64,000 nucleotides of DNA, from the NCBI GenBank assembly GCA_965153285.1, contig OZ229111.1; one strand, written 5' to 3'. Shown here piece after piece: positions 34,601 to 47,200 of the stretch. How positions within the stretch are numbered: the stretch's first letter is position 1; each line of letters starts with the position of its first letter. This stretch comes from Podarcis tiliguerta (Eukaryota). The translations under genes were made by a program, and so were the position numbers. A model generated the notes under the pieces. The model was not told where the DNA came from. It did not search any database and saw only the letters and a list, made by a program, of their open reading frames with translations.

Positions 34601-37600
34601 ACAGTGGAAAGAGAACATAGCCACCATGGCTAGCAGCCACTGATAGCCTTATACCTGTGAACTTGGTCTTTCCAAGCCATCCAAAGTTGGTGGCCATTCC
34701 TCCATCTTGTGGGAGCAAAATCCACACTTTTAACTATGGGACAGAACTTTGTGTTGCCCAGTGGCCAGCCCTTCTTCACTCCCAAGCAACAAAGCCTGAA
34801 AATCTAGCAGTGGGAGCCAGAAGGCAGCCAGCCGAGAACTCTCTGAGGATGCTCCAGGAAAAACTGCATCCCTTGCTGCCTGTAGAGTTCAGCATGTCAA
34901 TTCGTGCATACCTGTTGACTGGAAGACACCGGGGTTGCATTGACAGTACCGTTGTGCAAAGGCTTCCATCATCCGATCAATCTTTTGTGCTTCGCCCGGC
35001 AACCGGAAGCTCCAAAGGAACTGCCTGCAGGGGAAACGAACACATAGTCAGCTAAGCTGCCACAGAAGTAACATTCCTCGGCAGAAGAGCTGTGTGATGT
35101 GCCAGAGACTTCCAAGTCACACATTTCCCTCTGTGTGCGTGCACTGCAAATCCCTCCTCTTTCCTAGGGAGCCCCAAAGCCCACGCATGTCCTTTTCTTG
35201 TCTTTTCCGTGCAGGACAAGAGAAAAAGGACACACCTCTGATTCACTCGCAAACATCCTGCTGCCACTCACCGCAGTGCCTGGACAAGGTTGAGGTCTGT
35301 AAACTCATGCAGCTCCACGAATGAGTGCAACACCTGGATATTGAAATCATCTCTGTGAGGAGGCAAAAGAATAGGGGAACATGTGAGAGCGACCAAACTC
35401 ACCTATCCCATACAGCCGCCAAACCCCCGCTGCTGCCAAGAACTGGGCTCTCCTTCTGGCCTGGCCTGGATCATAGGAAGCTGCCTTATCCCAGGTGGGA
35501 CTCCTCTCTCTCCATCTAGTCCAATATTGTCTGTTCCAGTGGTTCCCATATTTCCCCACCCCAGCATGGACTACTGGATGGACTGGGCAGACCGCTTAAT
35601 GATTTTTTTGGCTGTTGCAATGTGCCATGCTAGACACAGTATGGTTTTTAATTGTATTTTATTACTCCTTTCATTTCTTATATATTGTATTTTATTGTGT
35701 CCACAGAATTAAAATCAAAACACAATATAAGAAATAGGGGAAGCAATCAAAATGCAATTAAAAATCAATTATGAATGTTTGATGCTACGGAGTTGCCACC
35801 TCCCATCTTCAGCTACAAATCCAGACACACCTGGATGATGTTAGTGGACCTCTGGTGGTCTATGCACCAGAGTTTGGAAACCCCTGGTCTATTCTGACAG
35901 GCAGTCTTTCTCCAGGGAAAGACATGTAGAGAAGGTTCTCTGTCGTGACTTGCTACCCAATCCCCCATCATATTAATTGCTACCCAATCCTGGATCATTT
36001 TAACTGGATATGCCAGGAACTAGACCTTCTGCATGCATGCAAAATATTCAGTGTTCAATCTGTCAGTTCTGGGCCTTGAAGATGGCCTGGTGTCTATCCT
36101 TAAGAAGTTACCAGAAGTCTTCCAAGAAGCTTCAGAACACAGGAAAGTTATTTCAAGGCTTTAGGTGTGAAATACATAAAGGCTGGGTAAAATACCCAGC
36201 TGCAGTGAGAACGATCCTGAAGTCCCACAGTTTAAATATTCACAATTTCAGTTGGCATTCCTCAGCTGTCCCCCGCAACTAGGTAAGCACAGCTTGGGTC
36301 AGGTCACAGAAACCCTCCAATTAGCCAAGAATGCTCCAAGGTCCTGACTATGAACTCCTGTTCAGCCAGTCCACATGGGAAACTCGAAACAATGGGGCAC
36401 TGGCAAGAGATCTCTTGGGATCCCAAGTTCTTTTCCCATTTCTTGAATGCCCATGAGAGATAGGAACCAAAGTCCATTATGGTAGCAGCTATAAAGTTAT
36501 AGCTGCTATACCAAGTCCCAAAGCTCCCTTCTTCCATTACCTTTCACCCAAGTAGTCACCAATGGCTGTCTTGTTGAGCCCTTCCCCTTTGTAGAGGAAC
36601 TGGGCAATGTCATCGCGGGTGTTCTTCAAGAGGTCGTTCTCTATCAGAAACTGGATTCCCTGCAAGCACAGAAAGAAGAGGATGTCTCTCTGCATTTGCC
36701 CCTGCACAGGACACACAGGTACAGGAACCCAAAACACCTCCAATAATGCACAGAATGCAGATAGTAGATTTGAAATGGTCAAGCTGTGTCTCATGCAAAC
36801 CTTCTTAGTAGTGCCTACAATAGCCCTGAAGGTAGGCTATATTTGCAGGTGAGGGAGCCTGCAGTCAAGAAAATAGTGGCTTGCCTAAGACCATTTAATG
36901 GGTTTTGTGGCTGACGTGAGATTTGCACCAGCAGCTTACTGGCCCGCAACTAGCTCCACCTTCCCTAGGCGCACATGTGCCTGTTTGGGCATTTCTAGCC
37001 ATTAGCCAGGATCAGTCACCCTGAGACCTGAGTATCCCAACACTACCAAGTCCACAAGTCACGTTCCGGTGAGCTCTGCTGCTAAGGAACATCTCCACCT
37101 TAGAGCTCTCCTTTAGGGTGGAACAGGGAAACAACAGATCTTGGTCACTTGCTTCCCAAGAATTCCTGAACAGGAAGGTATTGCTCAAGAGCAGGACACA
37201 CAAATAATGTTGTGGAAAGAGAGCAAGGCAGGCGGTGAGACACACACACAAGCAGAGTAATCACTGATGACAGCAGCCAGTTTGCCTGCAATGAGGGACC
37301 TTGTGGTGGTCCCTGGACGACACCTGTTGCCAGCTCCATAGTAAGAAAGAGTTGATTACCTTCTTAGGGTCCATGTTGAACTTCTTCCTGCCCATCGCCA
37401 CCTGCTTGTTCCTCTGCATGGTTTTCCTAGAAGGCACAAAAGATTTGGGTAAGAGACACCCCCACCAAGGAGCAGCATGGGGCTGTGCCACTTCATCAGT
37501 GCTCCACCTGCCTACATCTTAGTCATAGATATGAGGCAGGCTAGGAAATCAGGCACTTTTCGTTCCCCTATCTGACAGGGTGCATCGCACATGCACAAAC

Positions 37601-38198
37601 CTCTCCCCTACTAACGGCAAGCCTAAGTTTCTAAACACAAGGAAATACATTCTCTACCCCAAGAAATAATGAAGACCTCTCGCCACCTCAGCTAAGTTTT
37701 GGTGGAACTTGGATGTCTTCCCAGCACTAAAATGAAGCCTACAGCAGGGAACTGGTATACCAGCAGACCGGTCTCTAGACCATATACTGTGGAAGAGTAG
37801 GAGGAGGCCTCCTGGGATGCCCTACATGACAAGGGCCTGGCGTCCGCAGGGATGGGCAAAGGAAGCCACACTGAGTGATTGAAAGAGACGTCACATGTCA
37901 GTTTCCATTGACAATTTGGGCCGCCTAATCTGTTGGTGACTCCATCTGCCTCAGTTCAGAGTTAACTGCCTGAGACAGGGAACCTGCTGCCAGATGGGGA
38001 AGCGAGACCAGTCCTAGAAGAGGGGTTTTTTGGGGGGTGGGAGGGACGACTCTGGGCAAGACAAAACCTAGAGCCTTTAGCGGAACAGACCAGGCCAGAG
38101 ATCCCTGATGATATTCAAGGCAAAACAGCCTGGGAGCTTTTCGTTCCACATGGTTACTTAAAGAGACTGAACATTACAGCCAGCCAGCCAGAACACGA

Positions 38199-38245
<47 letters not shown>

Positions 38246-41200
38246 CACCCCATTCTTCGCAATAGATTAGTATGATCTTTTTTTTTTTTTGACAGGCTAG
38301 AGGCTCAGCATATAGGCCTCAAATGTAAGCAAATCTGCTCTACACGAACAGAGCCAGGATTAAAATGTCAATTCTCAACACAAGTGTGATGGAATCCAGA
38401 CCAAGGGAATTCCATTCCTCAGACAACTGAAGTCAGCAAAATAGGCAAATCTATTTTTACTGGGCATCTGAATGGGTCTCCGATAAGTCTTTGGGGGTTA
38501 TTCTTCAAGTTTAAACTCTTGTTTGCCTTTAGATATTGTTTCATCCACAGCATGAAATGTGCAACGTTATCTGGACTGACGTTCAAGTATTGCTCCTGGT
38601 TGAAGGGGTTGTCTTCTGTTTTCAGTGGGCCGATTTGACCCTGAAGATCCATTAATGTTAGAATTCATGCCAGCTCTGCTGTGCAGGTTTCTGCTTACTT
38701 TATTTCTCCCTATTTCTATTCTGAGAAAGCCCCCCAAAATATCACCTTCCCCATTCCTCCAGCAGAAGCACCACTCACCTCTCTTCTGTAGAGCCCAGGT
38801 TCTCGATTTCATTAGTGACCTCTGCTATCTCATCTTTCAGACGCTGTAGAGGAGAAGAAAGGCGGGGGAATGAGCACACCATCAAGTGGGGCTCTTGGGG
38901 GGGACTTTTTTTTTAAAAAAAGAACACCTTGGAATTATTACTCCAGCTTTTTCTGTCCTCTTATGCCTTTCCCCGTGCTCATTAATCTAGGTTTGAGGAT
39001 CAGCTGGGTTGGGCAGAGGGAGAAGTAATGCATAGAGAGCAGAGGAAAGACTTGCCAAGTTGACTTCTCCACAAAAACCCAGGAGCCTGCAAGGTAGAGG
39101 CTTAAGGAGACTCAGGAAACAGGGTTCAACAACAGAACCTCTCCCTTCCTGCGTAAGGGAAACCCTGTTCCCTTCTTCAGAGACTCATCAGATACAGCTG
39201 AAGCAAGCTGCAGGCACCCACTGTCCTGGGAAATGAAGACCAGAGAGAAGCCTGCCTGTCTGCCTGTCTTGGCTGGGAGGCAGGCTGGGCTATGGATGCC
39301 AATCTGTGGGAGGCATCAGCATGCTGAGCTCTAGGAAGGAAGGAAGAAGAGCGAGCCCCTGGGGCTAACACAATTACTGGGCTAATCTCATTAGGAAGTG
39401 TCCAGCATATGGCAGTGATTAGCCTCTCCTACTGCCTTATTTATTGCTGATAGGACTGATGAGCAGCCCTGCCAAGCCCAGCACCCGGGAGCAAGTTGCC
39501 ACAGGAACAGGCAGCCCATGTCAGAGCCAAGGGGAGGGTGGGCCTTGCTGCCTCTGAGGGCACGGAAGGAGTGGGGCGCAGGGAAGGGGATGTTCTCCTG
39601 GCATCACTTTGGAAGGCGCACCTCCATCTTCTTAAAGGTCTGCACCAATATTGGCTAGTTACAGCATCTTTCCTTATATGGGAATGACGGAACAAGTTGA
39701 CTGGGAGGTGGGGCTGGTTGACAGAGAATCCTATATCCGTAACCCACCTTCTAGCTTGTCATGTCCATAAGGTACATCAACCTGACAGGTCAAGGCTAGA
39801 GGCGGGTGGAGATGCCCCTCCCCACCAACTTGATCCTTCGACATGGAAGCTGCACTGGGTAATCAGACCCCACCCCCAGCCATTTCTCACCCCCCAACCT
39901 CTGCTGGGGTGGCCAGAACTGTGCCTGGCTGCTGATCTGCAGTGACGTTTGCCCAAGACACCTGCTGTGCAGAGCCTCAGGGCTGCTGTGCACAGAATCC
40001 TCTGGGGGAACAGGAGCAGGAATAGCCATGCACTTAATATCCAAAGAAAGAAATGCCAATGGTTTCGTGTCCACAAAGAACCACTTGCTGCTAACCCAAG
40101 GTGTGTGTGTTGGGGAGTGGGGGGGGGGAGTTTCCACTGTGGCTACTCAGGATCAAGGTAAAGCAAGTCTACATGTGCTCAAAGGCATTCTATTTTTGTG
40201 TGTGTGTCGCATTTCCAGGGCGAAGTCACGGCACTGAAAACAGTTAAGCCCCCAAAGAGAGGAGGTGAAGGAGGGAAAGCCAGGACACACAGAGGCACCA
40301 AGTCTGGAAGCTACAAAACAGCCACCAACCCTTCCTTGGAATGGGAACTGGTAGGAAGTATTGTGTCTGTCTTGTGCCATACAAACAAACCCCATTAATC
40401 CAGCAATTACTTGATCACATCTTAAGAAGCCGCGTTAGACCCAGTCAAAACCACTGGTCCATCGAATTCCAATACTGTCTATACTGACCAGCAGGGAACT
40501 TCACAGCCCTGCCTGCAGATGCCAGAGACTGAACCTGGGACCTTCAGCATGCCCTCCTGCACTCCACACCCCTATCCCCCCCATACCTGTATATCTGCTA
40601 GCAGCTCCTGCTTGCGTCGGCGGATGTTCTCGAGTTCTTGACGCTCCTCAGGGGTCAGGTCGCTGGGCACTACCAGGGTAAAGAAACAAAGAGAGAGTTG
40701 CTTACAATGGGTGGATCTCAACAAGGATATGATGTGCTTCTGGCAGGCCATGGAGACTGATGCAGCAGTCACAATTGCACCCAGAACTGCTTGCTGTAAC
40801 CAGAATAAGCAATAAACCTTTGGGGTATGCAACATATGACCCAGCGTACACATTTTTTTCATTCCACTGTTGATTCCACTATTTGGCATTCATCAGCACA
40901 ATATGTGTGATGACCACTTGCCGATATGGGTTGATGGTGGTGCTGGTTTTTCGGAGGGGAGAAATAGTCCAATATATGAGGCCGGAACAGCAAACCAATA
41001 TTTGCTATGACAAGCCAATGGGGCCACCATTGTTAGATACAGTGTGTATCTGTTGTTTTCTGGGAGCAAACAAGCTATGCGTATTACATGATGCCTTGCT
41101 TGTGCATTTCCCAGAAGCTACTGACTGGATAGTGTTGGACACAGAATGCTTTTGGTAACAGACATAGCAGTCAGACAAGCCAGAAACTACTTTGCTTCAA

Positions 41201-44200
41201 TAGTGAGTAGCATCAACTTCCCACAAATCATTTCTTTCCCACTCCACTCCAAAATCACCAAGCACAGAATTGCTGCACTGACTTCTGCATATTAGGTTAG
41301 AGAGACCTGTGTTCGATCACTAGCTGTCAAAGCTCCATTGAACACAATTAGATCCTACTTTGAACAACAGAGAGGAAGACATTATTTCTGGGAAAGGAAA
41401 GCCACAGAAACATACAAAAATAAAGGTCATTGTGAAGGTCAAGGCAACTGCAGGACTCACAAAATAGAAGCAACAATCTGAAACATGGAAAGCCGTGGTT
41501 TGTCATTGGCTTATGAAGCCTGGTTTATTTTAAATATGACTTGGTGTTACACGTGAACCCAGCACCCTTCCTTAACTGTGGTTTGCTTGGCCAGCCCACC
41601 ATAGACACTGATGAAGCTACAAAGAAAGGAGGCAAGAACAACTGGAAAACTAAACTGACTATAGAGTAACAAGCCATGGTTAGTTTGATTCTCTGTGGGG
41701 CAACCTCTGGTTAACATGTGGTTTGTTAAGCAAACCATGGCTTAGCATTATGTGCAAACCAGAAACGCTTCCTTCTAGGTAGCCATTAAAAAAAAGGCAC
41801 AGATGTCTCTCACACATTGAATCTTGCCAACCTACAACCCAGTCTCAAGATTCAGGAATAGATGCTTAAGCAAACGTTTTTGGAAAGCTAAGCTCCCCAA
41901 ACTGGGCTGTTTATTGCCAATGACATGAAAGGCAAGATTAAACTGTTGCATGTGTGAAACAAGATCTTCTCCTATAGGACTTCCTCCCCTCTCCCCTGCC
42001 CGCAACACATGAACAGGTTTGGGGAGGAATGGGTGAAAAAGTCCCATTGCGGCAGGGGACCTTGTTCCACTGACGCATACATCACTTAATGCTATGTTGA
42101 ATTCTTCCCAAGGCTTCTCCTATTAAGCAACACAATCACCACCATAAGGAAGGATCTAAAGCAATCTTGATCCTCCAGAGTGAATTAAGGATGCAGGTGT
42201 GCTGCCACAAGCATCAGGCAACGGGGCAAAATTTGCCGTCATACATACACAGCAATGTCATACTTCCAAGAGATGGCCCACTAAACCCACTGCAGTCATT
42301 CAAGGCTACATCTCTGTTTTGGTCACTGTCCAAACGAACCCTCCGAAACAGTGCTAGGATACATGCAGAGCACTGCACAAAGGTGACTTGAAGCTGCAGG
42401 CCTCAGACCACAGGCCAGCTCCTCCTTTCTCATGTGTGAGCCCAAACAAAAATAGAAGCACTTAAGAAGGCCACGTTGGCTGTGGCTTCCTAGCAAAAAG
42501 GCACGACTCCTGTTGAGCACCCCAGAAAGAGAGGCAGGACACAGCACATGAAGGTAATGATGCACCCCAGAACTCTGTCCTGCATCTGTGCGGTATTACA
42601 GTGGATTCTCACATCTGCAGCTCGCAGCATGAGACAGACATTTCCCAAATACCGCTGGAGGAATTCAAGCAATGCTCCAGGCATCACATTCTAGTCTCTG
42701 CAGGCAGGGGGAGTGTCTCGGTTTGACCCTGCTGGGAGCATTGCTGATTCAGCTGCTTTGAGATGGGGAGAGGCAGGACCAAGCCCAGAGGTCAACAGAG
42801 GAACAGAAGGCAGGTTCTACCATCCTGGCCATACCACTGCAGTTGCCCAGTGGGGACCGTGTACCAGGCAGTCAGGGGAAGGACATGGTGGTGCTCCCTT
42901 GCCTTATGGAGGGTGTGTGGAGAGCAGCAGGGTCCCTGTCCTCAACAGGGAGCACAGACCTGTAGCCGGGGTGGGGAGCCAGGCTCTAGCTTTGAGGGCT
43001 ATTTCAAAGAGATCAGAGTTCCTGACACAACAAGGCTCCATTGTGTGGCTGCTGGAACAGAGAAGCCAGAACAAGGGAAGTGCCTTTTCATTGCTTTGCA
43101 GTTGGACACGAGGGCAGGAGCCCAAAGCCAAGATACTGCAGCCGCAGCATACAAAGGAGGCAGCTCTTAAAGAGGCAGTGCCTCCCCCCTTCCAGCAGGC
43201 AGGGCAGGTGGGCAGAGCAGGAGCTCTGGGAGGCTTAAAGCTGAAATTCAGCATTCAACTAAGTAATTACGTAATGCATTAAAAGAATGGCACTAACTGG
43301 GGTGGAAAGAAATATACCAATTTCCAAAACTACTGTGCTCTCCTCAGAAGCTTAACAAAAACAAAGCAGAAGATCTCACAGAGGGCCCCTCTTTCCAACA
43401 GCAAGTACAGTGGGTGTGCTGGTGGACCTTATTCCTGGGTACTCGTCATAATCTTGTTTCCAAAAGAACCCAGCACCTAAGGCTGGGAGCCCCTAAATAT
43501 GTGCAGAATTCACTCCCAGAGGTCTGCCCTTCCTTTTGTGAATGGAAAAGTGCTCGCCCCCAAAGCACCTATCCTTTGGGGAAGAAATGTCTCTTTGCCT
43601 GGAGACTGAAATGTAGAGTCCCACACAATGTTTTCATAAAATTGTGGAGTTGGAAAGGACCACAAGGATTATCCAGTCCAACCCCCTGCGATGAAGGAAT
43701 CTCTTTTGCCCCATGTGGGGTTCAAACCCACAACCCTGAGAACAAGAGTTTCATGCTCTACTGACTGAAACCAGTGGCTTCACCTTGCTCCTCCCCCACC
43801 AGACTAGATGATAAGGCTGATCATTGAATAACTACATGAGAGGGGGAAGTGCAGGCGACATTCTAGGGAGGACAACTGGTCTGCATGAAATCCAAGAGAC
43901 CAAGGAGTAAACAAGCTGAGTGCACCCCGCTGAACGATATCCAGCATCTCCATGGTCCTCTTTGGTGCGCAGGCATTCTGAATCACAGCGCATGTAGTCT
44001 GCCACAAGTGCAACTGGCCCTCCTCCTATGTCATATCCTGTCGAGTTGGCAATTCTAGGCCCATGCCCCTGCAATGACTCCAGCGGACCATCCAAACCCT
44101 GGCTCTTTGGTTACAGAAACAGGTTTCTCATAAAAGGTTGCATTAGCAAGATGGATAGCAAGAAGAGCCATCATTGTGGTCTTGTAAACAGGCGAAAACT

Positions 44201-47200
44201 CACAGAGGTGATATACCAATGTGTTCTCCACACACACCCTCCACTGGCCCATGCCACCTTTCCGCATTATTGGCTCCACGTTTCCTCCTGAACTCTGTAT
44301 GTCCCTGTTCAAAGATGCCAGCAGTTGGTTTTGTCAATGGAAAAGGCTGAGCCTTTTGGATTAATTGGTAAGGGGAAGTGTGTAAGCGACCCTTGTTCCT
44401 GCTATTGCTATCAAGATGCAATAAAGCAGCTGACTGCCACATTCACATGGGCCTTCTTTATTTCATAGATCATTTGACCACAGTCAAATAATAGGCAGTC
44501 AATTGACTGGTATCTGACTGGTCAATTGACCTGAGTCCCAACTCCAGCTATGTCGGTGCTACAAACAGTGGGGCTGGTAATTAGGAGAAGATGTTCTGAA
44601 GGAGGGGCTGGGGTGTGTGTCTATTTATGTGCCTCCATAAGTACAGAGAAACACTAATAAGCAAAGGCACTCTGGGCTTAGTCCAAGCAAAATACCCGAG
44701 TAAATGACTTCCAATCAGCTGGATGGGTCTTGCAGGTAGGAAGGCAGAACTCCCCAATGAGCAACGATTTATCCAGAGAATCACCCATCAGCACAATCCC
44801 TGACTGCTCTAACCCCTACCACTTACTCTCTTCCCAGAAGACCAAGCAATAGGGGCTCCAACACCTGAAGCTATCAAAAAGAAAAACATTTTTTAACAAT
44901 TCATTCAAAGCATTTGTAACCCATTCTTCGGCTGGAAATGTTCCCAGAGTGACTTACAAATCAATAAAAGCAACACAGTCCCTGCCTGCCATCCGGCTTA
45001 CAGTCTAAAAAGGCATGGTGCAAAAGGAAAGAAGGGAAGGGGGAGCGGGATGGAGAAGAGGAAAACAAGCAAAGACTGGTGCAAAATTCTCAAAACATGC
45101 TTTTAGTGTGAATTGTGTTTATTTTATATATTTTATGAAATGGCCTGCTTTGCTTTCATCCAATGCTCTTGTCTGGGTTGCAAGTAAGAGTGCAGTTCTA
45201 CCCCACCTGTGGGTCAAATGCATCTGAGCTCAGTCTGAAGAGAGCTTTGGTCTGCAAGAACGGGAAACCCTAGCTTGAAGGAACCCCCTGCCCTATATGT
45301 CAGCCCCAATGGGAGTCCTACTCAACTCCCAGAGACAGTGCTGTCCTCTACACCCCCTACCAAAGCATATACAGGTGGATGTGTCGAAACAGAAAACAGA
45401 AAGGAGAATCACACTAACATTATTCTAAGGTAAGGATGTTAGTGGGTTACTTCTATCCTTCTCATTTGCGTGCTCTTTCAGGGCCAACTCCCCCTCTTCC
45501 TCCCCTCCTCACCCTAGCTTGAGCTTCCAATTTCTTCTTTTTTCCGGGCCCCCCAACTGCTTGACCCACAAGAGGGACTCTCTTTGCCCCTTGGGCTCTT
45601 AATGCCCACCCACCAATTCACACATTTGGCTGGCTGCCAACATAGACTGCCCCCCTTTGACAGCCACCACTCTAAGCAGCCTTTCCCCTTTCTTAGTGCT
45701 TATCTACTCTCTGAGCAGGGCAACGGCAGCCCATGATGAGGATGATGGTGGTGGCATCTACCCCCACCCAATATCAGCCACTTCTGTACCCCTTTCAGTT
45801 AGGGGCCCTTGACTTAAAACAGCCCTGGAGCAGAAATATGACATTCCCACCCTGGTGAAAGCTCTCTCTTCCCTCCTCTCCTGTAGACACTTTGGGAAAA
45901 TCCAGTCCGCGCATAAACATGGGCCCAAAGGAAGGCAGGAGCAACAACACACAGTGCCTTCTCCCTCCCCTCCATGCCTGGAATAATCTGCTGGGGAGCC
46001 AAAAAACGGGCAGGCAGGGGAAGCACAGCATGCTGGTGGACGGGGCAGAAAGGAGTGCAGCACCAGGCATGGCTATGACAGAAAGGCCAGGCACATGGTG
46101 CGCACCATGGAAAAGGCAGTGGCACATGGCACCAAATGCAGCCATGAGGGACCAAGCAGCACACAAGACAGGGGGCCAAACAGGAGCAGAGAATTCCCCT
46201 TTGCAAACATAACACACAGGGTGAGAGAGGGAGAGGAGGGGGGAGAGACTTACCCCAGGCTGCCGCCCAGCTCTTTCTGCCCACTGTCAAAGTAAGCCCT
46301 GTGACACACCATCAGTGCGCTAGTAGCCCATGTGCTGGGGAGCCCAGCCCTGTCAAGGAGAAGGGGCTGTGTCTCGGCCTGCTCTCATTCTGCTCAGCTG
46401 AGCTCCTCTGCTCGTGCTGCCTTCCATGGAGGATGACAGCTTTGGAACCCCGCCCACCTGCCGAGGCCTGGGGATTAACCCCTGCCTGTCCAGGCTGCAG
46501 CACAGGGAGGGCATGCGTGCAGGACATTTGCACACAAAGTGGGAGGAAGCAGCAAATACATGGAAATACGAGTATCAGACACGCTGGTTCTTTCAGAAGC
46601 AGTTACACACACATATTTGGGTGTGATATTACGAGTTTCTAGCTGAATTACATGCTCAAGGAGGAAATGCTGTTCAGCCTCTAAGGAAGATGCGTCTTTT
46701 TCCCTTACTGCCTTTCTCCTCTTCTCAGGACCCTAAAACAGATGCTAAAGTTGCAGCCACACAGGTGTTATTCTTAGCACCTCACTCAGAAGCAATTCAT
46801 TGTTTCGCTCATCGTCAAGCATGCCAGAAACAAAGGCAGCACTCCTGCATCACAACATGCACACTCTCATAGTTTAATGCAGCTGAATAGGTGTTTAATC
46901 TTAGGCATGCACACACACACACACACACAGAGAGACAGACAGAGAGAGAGAGAGAGAGAGAGAGAGGCTTCTGATACCACAGACTTAAATATTGGAGAAT
47001 TCAGCTTTTACCCATGGCATGGTGAAATTTGATCTTAATTTCCTATAAATTAAGGTTTTTTAAGCTAAACTTATTTCTTGTTAAGTTTTGTAAATTTAAG
47101 GTTGCGTCAACTTCACCTGCTTTAATTTTCATTCTATTTAAAGGATGCCCCTGCATTACTTGTTCCAGATTCATCCTTCATAGTATGTGTTTTTATACCA

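Noticed and set aside
42713-43282. 189-aa + strand ORF in CYTH1 intron 1
   Set aside because: Non-ATG start, GC-rich, no recognisable homology or splice structure.
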